Shown here one piece after another: positions 1 through 7,708 of a stretch of 64,000 bases of DNA. The translations under genes and the position numbers were made by a program. Every line of letters begins with the position of its first letter. The first letter of the stretch is position 1. Source of the stretch: a virus; IMG/VR virus record IMGVR_UViG_3300045988_069781, positions 32,001 to 96,000 of that record. The stretch is one strand, 5' to 3'. Under the pieces are notes generated by a model. The model had not been told where the DNA came from. It did not search any database and was given only the letters and a program-made list of their open reading frames with translations.

Positions 1-79
1 TTTTCCTAAACCAATCCTCGTTATTAGGTAAAATTTCTTTTTGTTTATGTATTGCTACAACAATACGCATTTGATTCAT
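1..79 (-). CDS. hypothetical protein, N-terminal fragment (gene runs off the window start)
   Basis: ATG at 79-77 (minus) opens MNQMRIVVAIHKQKEILPNNEDWFRK with no stop before position 1. Divergent from 108..587. Confidence 0.3.
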   Translation of the reverse strand, partial: MNQMRIVVAIHKQKEILPNNEDWFRK

Positions 80-107
80 AACTATTTGCATTGTAGTTGT
101 AGATACA

Positions 108-587
108 ATGCCGTCATCAAATGTCAAATTTAAAACAATCCAAAAAATGAAAGGAATTGTGTTAACTGTGATGCCAGATGCATCACAACATGTAGAAGTA
201 AAAATACCTAATAGTATTACTCCTGCACAGTTTGATGCGATTATGAATCGTATTAAACACGACTTCTTTACGACAGTAAAACCACAAGCTGATGCTGATT
301 CATTAGTTGTTACAACTTATGATGAAAGTGAAGCAAATGCTATACTGTCAAATGCAACATCTATTAATGCTGCAAAAGTATTAATTGACGTTGTAGGTAA
401 TCCTCAAGACTCTGATTGGAGTGGAAGATTCTTTACACTCTATGGTAACGGAGATCCAAAAGTAGCACAAGCAATCTTATTCTTAAAACAGAATATGGAT
501 GCTTCAGCACAGAATTATCTTAAATCTAACGGTTTAGGATGGTTATGTGACTTCTTAGGTCTTGGTATAACCAAATTTAGATCCTAA
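108..587 (+). CDS. hypothetical protein
   Basis: 159-aa ATG ORF from the track. No motif recognised. Confidence 0.6.
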   Translation: MPSSNVKFKTIQKMKGIVLTVMPDASQHVEVKIPNSITPAQFDAIMNRIKHDFFTTVKPQADADSLVVTTYDESEANAILSNATSINAAKVLIDVVGNPQDSDWSGRFFTLYGNGDPKVAQAILFLKQNMDASAQNYLKSNGLGWLCDFLGLGITKFRS

Positions 588-709
588 TGGGAAAGACATT
601 TAAAGACATGAAAGCATCCAAATCTTTACGAGAAAATAAAAATTCTCATAAGAAGCGGATGCTTCCTTACAAGAGAGAGAATAAAAAATATGATGAAACT
701 CGCCAGTAA
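587..709 (+). CDS. small Lys/Arg-rich hypothetical protein (40 aa)
   Basis: Hand-translated MGKTFKDMKASKSLRENKNSHKKRMLPYKRENKKYDETRQ. The ATG overlaps the upstream stop (TAATG). Below the ORF-track cutoff. Confidence 0.3.
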   Translation: MGKTFKDMKASKSLRENKNSHKKRMLPYKRENKKYDETRQ

Positions 710-892
710 CATCAAATATTTTTATTATATGGTGGTTATCCCCAAGAAAGTGTAAAAGTCCAGAGTCCTAAGACAAATCAAAGCTATATGAAGATATATA
801 GTACGTCAATAAAGTAGTTGGGATATTGTCGAAATAAGTTAAATGAATAAGGCAAACACTTTCTTTTTATTTGCATCTTAAAATAATCAAAT

Positions 893-1114
893 ATGAAAAG
901 TAAAACGAAATTATTTTTGTGGTTATATGTGCCACAAAATAGTAAAGTACAGTTTGATCCTTACAAGAGTTCTGTAACTCGAGTAGAAGTAGAATGCACT
1001 TTCAAAAAAGTGATACGTGGTAAGCATTCACCAGTTGTAGAGTATAATTATACTCATCCACGACTTAATAAAAAGCTTACAGGTATAGTACCTATGGCTT
1101 TGTGGGAGGCATAA
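893..1114 (+). CDS. hypothetical protein
   Basis: 73-aa ORF, tightly followed by the next gene. Confidence 0.45.
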   Translation: MKSKTKLFLWLYVPQNSKVQFDPYKSSVTRVEVECTFKKVIRGKHSPVVEYNYTHPRLNKKLTGIVPMALWEA

Positions 1115-1115
1115 T

Positions 1116-1301
1116 ATGATAAAAGAGATTATAGAATATATAGTATTCTTTATATGGATCTTTGGCTTTGTTATGTCATATGCGTTTGGTAATGTTCCTG
1201 CGATACTATATATCGTAATCTCTCTTATCATATTGTGTCGTATTCACATACGAGGTTTAAAGAAACTATTTTTATTAATAATTAAATCAATTAAAGACTA
1301 A
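1116..1301 (+). CDS. small membrane protein
   Basis: 61 aa with two hydrophobic helices (IVFFIWIFGFVMSYAF, VPAILYIVISLIILC). Starts 1 nt after the previous stop. Confidence 0.5.
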   Translation: MIKEIIEYIVFFIWIFGFVMSYAFGNVPAILYIVISLIILCRIHIRGLKKLFLLIIKSIKD

Positions 1302-1306
1302 AAAGT

Positions 1307-1666
1307 ATGAGTTGGAGTGATAAAATTGGAGAATCAATTCTCTACAGCTTTGGTAAAGATCCACCAGAACAAAGAAAGAAAGAGATCAAGAAAAAGATAC
1401 GAGAAGAATTAAGTAAAAATCCAACATTATCTAACATTCTAAGACAAAATAAAGCTGAAGGTAAATTCATAAAAGAATTTACTAATCAACTTATGAAACG
1501 TACTTCTAATTCTAGAGATATAGGTGATACAATTAATTATATTATAAACCGTGATCCTTATCCAATAAATACTGCGTTATGTTGGTGTGATACTAGTCAA
1601 GGTCATGATTATTGGAGTATGCTTGATTCAATCGTATCAGCAAATCTAAGAAAAACAAAATTTTAA
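1307..1666 (+). CDS. hypothetical protein
   Basis: 119-aa ORF packed 5 nt after the previous gene. Confidence 0.55.
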   Translation: MSWSDKIGESILYSFGKDPPEQRKKEIKKKIREELSKNPTLSNILRQNKAEGKFIKEFTNQLMKRTSNSRDIGDTINYIINRDPYPINTALCWCDTSQGHDYWSMLDSIVSANLRKTKF

Positions 1667-1701
1667 ACACTTATTTATTAACACTTTAAATTATCAAAAT
1701 T

Positions 1702-2100
1702 ATGAGCGAAATTAAAGACGAAATTCGTAACGGTAGAATTATCAACAAAGAAGTAGTAACTGCAGCAGCTGAAGAACTGGCTAAGAAACGTAATGCGAAA
1801 CTAACGAAGGAAATGATGCGCATTGCCGTTGACTCGGAGTTTGAACGTAAGAATGCGTTATTGAATTTGCAGCGCAATCGTGATGAAGAAGATCCGATCA
1901 AGGCTTGTTTGAAAGCTAAAGAAGCAAATGAAATTGCAGTAAAAGAAGGAAAAATGACGCCGGAAGAATTTCGTGAAGCCAATCGTAAAGCTGATGACGA
2001 AAAATCCAAAGCTTTACGTAGTATTTCTGATGAATACTACACTCTGCGTAACCAGTTGCAGAAGCAGTGCTATGACGTCCTGAATGACTGGGATGATTAA
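1702..2100 (+). CDS. hypothetical charged coiled-coil-type protein
   Basis: 132-aa ORF rich in K/E/R. The antisense ORF 1686..2009 is its low-complexity mirror. Confidence 0.6.
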   Translation: MSEIKDEIRNGRIINKEVVTAAAEELAKKRNAKLTKEMMRIAVDSEFERKNALLNLQRNRDEEDPIKACLKAKEANEIAVKEGKMTPEEFREANRKADDEKSKALRSISDEYYTLRNQLQKQCYDVLNDWDD

Positions 2101-2116
2101 TAGCAACTCCAAACCT

Positions 2117-2430
2117 GTGCCGATAAGTCCTGTAAAGCTTATTAATTAGTATTAATGTCTTTACATTTGTAGAGACACTAATACTAGTTAGTGCCGAAAG
2201 TTATTAAACCGAATAGATTTAGTAGGTAATTAAGTTGAATTAACAACTTCCCTCAAGTGCTATATGCCGTAGGGTGGAAAAACAATGTGCCACTGATCAT
2301 GTGCCGAAGATCATTACTATTGTTTTAGCTATTGTACTTTATGTCCTGCATAAAAACAATAGGCTCTACTTGTAGAGTTTTATAGTAATGGTTATCAAAA
2401 CACATATAGAAATTGTGCTTTATGCCGAAG
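2117..2430 (+). repeat. cluster of (G/A)TGCCGAAAG-type motifs
   Basis: GTGCCGATAAG 2117, GTGCCGAAAG 2191, ATGCCGTAGG 2264, GTGCCACTGA 2287, GTGCCGAAGA 2301, ATGCCGAAG 2422. The first three are about 73-74 nt apart. ORF-free region. Confidence 0.6.
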
Positions 2431-2552
2431 TTTTATTTTTAATATATAGTATAAATATTAAGTAAATCATATTACCATGCTACTTCTAATTTATATGATT
2501 TTTAAAATATTTATACAAACTTCAATTTCTATCAGTCTATCAAAGGCACAGA

Positions 2553-2708
2553 ATCCTAAGTAATATAATGCTTTGTGCTTAAATATTATTTATAAAAGAC
2601 GGAAATGCGTAAAAAGTCACATTCTAATGAAAGCGTCTTTAGACAGTAGAACATAGAATCCGATAACTTACGGTCGCTTTATAAAATATATTTAGTATTA
2701 CTTAGGAT
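2553..2708 (+). ncRNA. candidate structured RNA closed by a 13-bp long-range helix
   Basis: ATCCTAAGTAATA (2553-2565) is the perfect reverse complement of TATTACTTAGGAT (2696-2708). An inner 7-bp helix pairs AAAGACG 2596-2602 with CGTCTTT 2634-2640. No ORF. Strand not established. Confidence 0.35.
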
Positions 2709-2730
2709 AAACTCTTAAAATTCATTAATT

Positions 2731-2862
2731 ATGGATTGGACAAGAGAAGACTTAGAAAATAAGTCAAAAGAAGAACTTATAGATATCATTATGAATATTC
2801 AGGAAGATTTAGAGTATTTTCCAGATCTTTATGATAGTCCATATGATGACTATAAGGAATAG
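2731..2862 (+). CDS. small acidic hypothetical protein (43 aa)
   Basis: Hand-translated MDWTREDLENKSKEELIDIIMNIQEDLEYFPDLYDSPYDDYKE, followed by an imperfect hairpin. Below the ORF-track cutoff. Confidence 0.4.
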   Translation: MDWTREDLENKSKEELIDIIMNIQEDLEYFPDLYDSPYDDYKE

Positions 2863-2936
2863 AGAGTAAGAAGAGAAATCTCCTTACTTTCACGACCTTT
2901 TGGTTCATATTATTAAAATTATTAAAAGTAGATATT

Positions 2937-3018
2937 CACAGTATAAGAACTGTACTGTGTCTTATTAGGCTTATTAATCATTGTTAGGACGAGGGTTCGA
3001 TTCCCTCCAGCTCCACGC
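2937..3018 (+). ncRNA. tmRNA-like acceptor piece (T arm plus 3' acceptor strand) of a permuted two-piece tmRNA-like gene
   Basis: GGAC-GAGGG-TTCGATT-CCCTC-CAGCTCC-A (2987-3015) has the same layout as the 3' end of bacterial SsrA (E. coli ...GGACGCGGGUUCAACUCCCGCCAGCUCCACCA). No complementary 5' strand lies upstream; the partner is downstream at 3105. Confidence 0.6.
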
Positions 3019-3104
3019 TCACAAGAGCTACAAGGGAAAACAAAACTAGGATTTTTGATCGTGTTGACCGTGCGCCAAGTTTTTAAATTTTAGAACGGTC
3101 AAAA

Positions 3105-3240
3105 GGGGCTGCATGGTTTTGACTAGCAATTAGAGAGATAAGATAGGTTCATGTGTGTTTAAATGGCAACTATTCGTTTGTCACTGATTATTCTTACGTA
3201 GCGTAAGAATATGATGCGTGCTAAATACGAAAGTTAGGGA
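3105..3240 (+). ncRNA. tmRNA-like coding piece (5' acceptor strand, P2 strand, candidate tag frame)
   Basis: GGGGCTG-CA-TGGTTTTGAC (3105-3123) resembles the SsrA 5' end. It pairs with CAGCTCC 3008-3014, including a G3:U wobble. TAGCAAT 3124-3130 pairs with ATTGTTA 2980-2986. GATAAGATA 3137-3145 pairs with TGTCTTATT 2958-2966. The candidate tag frame 3165-3206 reads GNYSFVTDYSYVA-stop, and its stop lies in a 9-bp hairpin at 3190-3210. Confidence 0.55.
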
Positions 3241-3309
3241 TACTCTTTAGTTCAACAGGTTAGAATCGTGATTTATCACGGAATGTGGGTTCGAGTCCCA
3301 CAAGAGTAA
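3241..3309 (+). tRNA. tRNA-like gene with a truncated anticodon arm (anticodon not assignable)
   Basis: Acceptor TACTCTT/AAGAGTA (7 bp). D arm GTTC-AACAGGTTA-GAAT. T arm GTGGG-TTCGAGT-CCCAC. Only GTGATTTATCAC (12 nt) sits where a 17-nt anticodon arm should be. Confidence 0.55.
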
Positions 3310-3345
3310 CAATTAACTTATGTTTAATTTCTTAAAAGTAATCAG

Positions 3346-3723
3346 ATGAAAAAGATGACTTTAAGCCAATTGCATGGTAATCTAAAGACTTTCAGTAAAG
3401 AATTTATAGGAGCTGGAAGTAGAAATAGTGTAGTTGGATTGTATCGGAAACTTATTGAGTTAGGAGCAATTCCATCCAGTAAGGAAAAGGATAATAGTCT
3501 TATTAGCTCTAAGCAAAAGATTGTTATTCTATGTGTTAACGATGGAATTAGAAGTAAATTTGCTCGTATCTCATTACATGAAAGATCATGGTGGGATTAT
3601 TGGCATAACAAAGCACACAAGCATTGTAAGCCAGCTTATATTACTTATAACGTACCAAAACAAATGGGTACAGTAATAAGTAATTTAAATATTAAAGAAT
3701 TAGAAACCCTAATCCCAGAGTAA
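3346..3723 (+). CDS. hypothetical protein
   Basis: 125-aa ORF, first of a tightly packed run. Confidence 0.6.
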   Translation: MKKMTLSQLHGNLKTFSKEFIGAGSRNSVVGLYRKLIELGAIPSSKEKDNSLISSKQKIVILCVNDGIRSKFARISLHERSWWDYWHNKAHKHCKPAYITYNVPKQMGTVISNLNIKELETLIPE

Positions 3724-3724
3724 T

Positions 3725-3919
3725 ATGGAACTATCTTATTGGATTTATTTTAAACCAGGTGAAAAAGATAAGCTTAAACAAATTATCGATGAAAATCCTA
3801 ATCCTTTAATGGCAAATATTGCTATTCAAGAGGAATTTGGTGTATCACTCACCGAAGCTGAGAAAATTATTGAGGTGTATAACAATAAAATTAATAAAAC
3901 ATGTCATCAAGAATCATAA
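3725..3919 (+). CDS. hypothetical protein
   Basis: 64-aa ORF starting 1 nt after the previous stop. Confidence 0.5.
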   Translation: MELSYWIYFKPGEKDKLKQIIDENPNPLMANIAIQEEFGVSLTEAEKIIEVYNNKINKTCHQES

Positions 3920-4335
3920 CACTTGATAAACCTGGTGTATATGTAGCAGAACATAATGCTACTAAAAAACAATACTTAGTAAGTATTACGGGACAATTAC
4001 CCATGTTACGAGTTGCTAACATCCTTGATTTATCTAACTTTACTTTTGGACTTAATTCAACAGTAACTGCTGTAGATAAGTTAAAGGAAGATATGCAGAA
4101 TGCTCCAAATGACTATACTTATTCTCCTCTTCAGGTTAAACTGGAAAGAAAAGCTGAAGAAGTAAAAGAGGATATTCTTGATTTATCCAGATATTCAACA
4201 TTAGCTGAAAACAAGGATAAATTACTGGAAATGGATGATAATATGGCGGTTATTAACATATGTAAAGACGAAGGTCTTGACGTAGCTACTGCCACTGAGA
4301 TTTGGAAACAATTCAAATTATCATTACGACCGTGA
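3901..4335 (+). CDS. hypothetical protein
   Basis: 144-aa ORF overlapping the neighbour by 19 nt. Confidence 0.6.
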   Translation: MSSRIITLDKPGVYVAEHNATKKQYLVSITGQLPMLRVANILDLSNFTFGLNSTVTAVDKLKEDMQNAPNDYTYSPLQVKLERKAEEVKEDILDLSRYSTLAENKDKLLEMDDNMAVINICKDEGLDVATATEIWKQFKLSLRP

Positions 4336-4835
4336 ATGCAGATGAAGTAAAGAAATATATTTACGATAGATCTGCAAAGCTATCACAGCAGTTTATTGAC
4401 TTCATTAAACATGAAGGTGTTCCTGATTATTTATTACCATTGTTTGATGATAATAATGGTTATAGATGTGATTGGAACATAATAGGTGGAGAAGAAGCAA
4501 AAGAATATTTTAAACCTTATTATAAACCAATAAGTAATAAATTTATTCTTAGCTTAGAACAAAGAAAAAATGTACAAACCTGGTTATCTAGAGTTAGTAC
4601 TAAACTTTTTCTACCTGAATTGATGGTAGGAAGTACTATCGCAACCGATAAAGTACAGTTACGAATAGCTACTTCTTTAATCGACAAATTAAACATTCCA
4701 AGACAATATCGGGATTATCTATTTGATAATACTATATATTGCTTTTGGATTCGTAAACGAGCGTATAGTAATTTCTTTTGGCAAGAAATAGTACAGCTTC
4801 CGTTTGCGCCAGATTATCGTTTAAATATTAAATGA
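4302..4835 (+). CDS. hypothetical protein (start may be GTG 4332, overlapping the upstream stop as GTGA)
   Basis: 177-aa ORF with an alternative in-frame GTG at 4332. Confidence 0.6.
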   Translation: METIQIIITTVNADEVKKYIYDRSAKLSQQFIDFIKHEGVPDYLLPLFDDNNGYRCDWNIIGGEEAKEYFKPYYKPISNKFILSLEQRKNVQTWLSRVSTKLFLPELMVGSTIATDKVQLRIATSLIDKLNIPRQYRDYLFDNTIYCFWIRKRAYSNFFWQEIVQLPFAPDYRLNIK

Positions 4836-4842
4836 TAATAGG

Positions 4843-4868
4843 GTAAGAGAGATTGGGTTCTCTCTTAC
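4843..4868 (+). terminator. 10-bp stem hairpin downstream of 4302..4835
   Basis: GTAAGAGAGA (4843-4852), loop TTGGGT, TCTCTCTTAC (4859-4868). No clear U tract. Confidence 0.45.
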
Positions 4869-4886
4869 TCACTAATCCGTAGGCCT

Positions 4887-5453
4887 ATGAAAGAAGAAGA
4901 AAAGATTCTAATTGAAAAGGCGAAGCACGGTGATGAAAAGGCCTTTAAGCAATTGTATGATAATTATTATCGTTTAATACGATATATTATCTATGATGCG
5001 ATAAAAGATGAAGAAGCAACAGCTGATTTATTATCTGTTACTTTTACTAAGGCCTTCAAACGTCTCGATTATTTTGTTGAAACTATTTCTTTTGAAGCAT
5101 GGTTAAAAACTATTGCAGTAAATACAGTCATTGACTATATTAGAAAGAATAAGAACCAACAAGATAATATCTCTATAGATAATGAGAATAATGCAATTCA
5201 AATATCTAGTGATAACGATCCCGAAACTGATTTAATTAAATCAGAGTCAATAGATATTCTTAGAATTGCATTAACTCGACTTAGAGCCAAATATAGGAAC
5301 CTTCTAGAACTCAGATATTTTGGTAATCTAAGTTATGAAGAGTTAAGTGCTGAGCTTGGTATACCAGTTGGAACTGTAAAGTCTGACTTAAACAAAGCTA
5401 AGCATAGACTCAAGTATTATTTTCAAAAAATTTCAAAAACTAACAAAACATGA
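4887..5453 (+). CDS. ECF-type sigma-70 family RNA polymerase sigma factor
   Basis: Region 2-like segment YDNYYRLIRYIIYDAIKDEEATADLLSVTFTKAF...FEAWLKTIAVNTVIDYIRK. Region 4 HTH LRAKYRNLLELRYFGNLSYEELSAELGIPVGTVKSDLNKAKHRL. Confidence 0.8.
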   Translation: MKEEEKILIEKAKHGDEKAFKQLYDNYYRLIRYIIYDAIKDEEATADLLSVTFTKAFKRLDYFVETISFEAWLKTIAVNTVIDYIRKNKNQQDNISIDNENNAIQISSDNDPETDLIKSESIDILRIALTRLRAKYRNLLELRYFGNLSYEELSAELGIPVGTVKSDLNKAKHRLKYYFQKISKTNKT

Positions 5454-5827
5454 CAACATTCATTGTATCTATGCTAGTAATTATCGGTATTGTTGCAATT
5501 GCACGATATTACGGTAGTTCGTCAATGGCAAGCAATTTATTGCTTACTTTGGCATTTTCTGTTGTCGTGGGTCTTGGTATTCAATTTGCTACTAAGGGAA
5601 ACCATAGTAAAAAAGAAAGTACCAAGATTGAAAATTCCATTGCAGTTAGTAATCCTGTATCCACACAGTCTGTTTGTACAGTGTTGGAACCTGTAAAAAC
5701 TAGCCATTCTGGGGCTGTGAGTCAGGTACAGGATTATAAAACTGTAGTAAAGGAGTTTCCACGATTAAATTCCAAAAAGCTTGCGTATACTGAACGTATA
5801 GCTCCACCATTCCCAGATTCATCCTAG
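5450..5827 (+). CDS. membrane protein translationally coupled to the sigma factor gene
   Basis: ATGA start/stop overlap with 4887..5453. Two N-terminal hydrophobic helices. No classical anti-sigma domain recognised. Confidence 0.6.
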   Translation: MTTFIVSMLVIIGIVAIARYYGSSSMASNLLLTLAFSVVVGLGIQFATKGNHSKKESTKIENSIAVSNPVSTQSVCTVLEPVKTSHSGAVSQVQDYKTVVKEFPRLNSKKLAYTERIAPPFPDSS

Positions 5828-5913
5828 ATGAATATAACGGGATCACATTATTAGCTTTATAAAATAATTTATTAACTTTTAATATTCGAAAAGGCGAATT
5901 AAACATTATCAAA

Positions 5914-7311
5914 ATGGAAAATAATAAGAATAAAGGTCAGAAGACTGACGATAAAATAAAGAAAACTACTGCCGCTCCTGCGGCTGCACCGGCTGTACAA
6001 GCTAAGAAAGAACAGCCGAAGACTGGATTAAAGGAAGATAAAACTCCTAAACCCGCAGCTCCTACAGCTCCTAAGAAAAAAGAGGAAAAGGAGACAAAAA
6101 AGCCTACTACTGATGCTACTGGTACAGTAGAAAATATAGCAGCAGAAGAAGTAAAGAAACCTATAGTTTCTCCGTTAGAATCGCCTAAAGTAGATTCTCT
6201 GATTTCACTTATGGGCCCTAATGATCTGATGGATGCGAATCATGCTGCAGAATTCTTATCGGCGCTTGAGCGTCGTACTGCCCGGATGGATCGTAGTAAA
6301 CCTATTACGATTCAGATGGAATCCATGCTAGATTATAATATGATGTGGTATGCTGTACGTTTGTCTGTACAATCATTTGCACAGAAACGTGAATGCAATA
6401 TGCTTACACCAAACGATGAACTTATTGTTCAGCAAGCTATTGATACAGCTGCGTCTATGGGTGTTGCTCTTGAAGCTCATCCTACAGATGATCCTAATCA
6501 GATGCGTCTTGAGTTTAAGGATATTTCTCCTGAAACAAAAGCAGCAGCTGATGCAGAGAATGCCGCATCAGGTTTAGCTTCAACAGTTAAACCACCTAAA
6601 CATGTAAAACTTACCGAGGAACAAATGAATCCTCTGAACTGGAAGAATGATGATGAAGCAAAAGCTGCAATCACTCAAGATCTTCAAGAATCAGGAGAAA
6701 CCCCATCTAACAAATTCTTACGCATCTTGGGTAAAATCAAGACATATCGTGAGAATACTACGGAAGATCCCGTTCAGAAGGGAATCTGGAGTAGTGCTAA
6801 CTTGGGAGCTCTTGCAAAAGAATATTTCAACATCATTGGTAAGAAAGGTATTGTTGTACTCTCTGGACTTATGTCTTCTACCACAGCTTCATTGAAGTTA
6901 GGTCAGACTATGATCTTTGCACATTCTCTCTTACGGAAGAATATGAAAGGTCTGAATGATCAAGATGTAGTAGACCTGATTAAAGCGTTTATTGAAGTAA
7001 TGCACGCAGATCCTGCACAGCCTATCGAACAAGATCCTTGTGTAGTAAAGGGTATTTTGGCTCCAACTCGTGATACGTTTGTACGCATTGCGTTGCAAAA
7101 GCCGGCAAAAGATGAACTAATGGATTGGTTCAAGAAGATTATGGGACCGTTTTATGACATCTATAAAGATGAAGTAGGTTCTAAATCTGATGAAGATTTT
7201 GCTCTGAAAGCAGCAAACAAAATGATCGAAATACGTAACATGTATGTAGATAAAGAAGCTGCATTCCCACTCTTCACAAAAGAAGATTTTAAGGCTGTAA
7301 TGGGTAAATAA
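5914..7311 (+). CDS. hypothetical protein with a Lys/Pro/Ala/Thr-rich N-terminal tail
   Basis: 465-aa ORF. The first ~80 aa are a low-complexity basic AKP-type segment. Confidence 0.7.
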   Translation: MENNKNKGQKTDDKIKKTTAAPAAAPAVQAKKEQPKTGLKEDKTPKPAAPTAPKKKEEKETKKPTTDATGTVENIAAEEVKKPIVSPLESPKVDSLISLMGPNDLMDANHAAEFLSALERRTARMDRSKPITIQMESMLDYNMMWYAVRLSVQSFAQKRECNMLTPNDELIVQQAIDTAASMGVALEAHPTDDPNQMRLEFKDISPETKAAADAENAASGLASTVKPPKHVKLTEEQMNPLNWKNDDEAKAAITQDLQESGETPSNKFLRILGKIKTYRENTTEDPVQKGIWSSANLGALAKEYFNIIGKKGIVVLSGLMSSTTASLKLGQTMIFAHSLLRKNMKGLNDQDVVDLIKAFIEVMHADPAQPIEQDPCVVKGILAPTRDTFVRIALQKPAKDELMDWFKKIMGPFYDIYKDEVGSKSDEDFALKAANKMIEIRNMYVDKEAAFPLFTKEDFKAVMGK

Positions 7312-7324
7312 CCTATTATATCAA

Positions 7325-7708
7325 ATGAAAGGTAAATTTGCTTATTTAGCAGTATTCGTTGTAGGTCTTATTATGTCCTACAATACTAACATTTTCAAAC
7401 CCGAAAGTGTTACGGCAACAGAAACCATTAAAACGGTTCAGTTACCCCCAATTCCAGGTAATTTTAAACTTAACCTGGATTTAGAGACAGGTAAAAGTAT
7501 CGTGGAAAGTAATATACCCGTTACAAGTACTGATATAACTGTCAATCACCCCACGAAAATCGTGGAAAAGGTAGTGTATAAAAAATCTAAACCCAAAGTA
7601 GTATATGAAACAAAAACTGAGGTACAAACGAGACCGGTAATGTTTACTCTACCAACTCCCCGCTCTCACAAATTTGTACCTGAGTATCCTAAAAGTGTAG
7701 AGAAATGA
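7325..7708 (+). CDS. hypothetical protein with an N-terminal signal/anchor helix
   Basis: 127-aa ORF with N-terminus KFAYLAVFVVGLIMSY. Confidence 0.6.
   Translation: MKGKFAYLAVFVVGLIMSYNTNIFKPESVTATETIKTVQLPPIPGNFKLNLDLETGKSIVESNIPVTSTDITVNHPTKIVEKVVYKKSKPKVVYETKTEVQTRPVMFTLPTPRSHKFVPEYPKSVEK

Noticed and set aside
2958-3018. The tmRNA 3' fragment as a simple attP site of a phage integrating into host ssrA
   Set aside because: No integrase is present in the window. A matching tmRNA 5' half lies 90 nt downstream, with complementary acceptor and P2 strands and a tag-like frame, which an att core alone would not explain. Not fully excluded without the host sequence.
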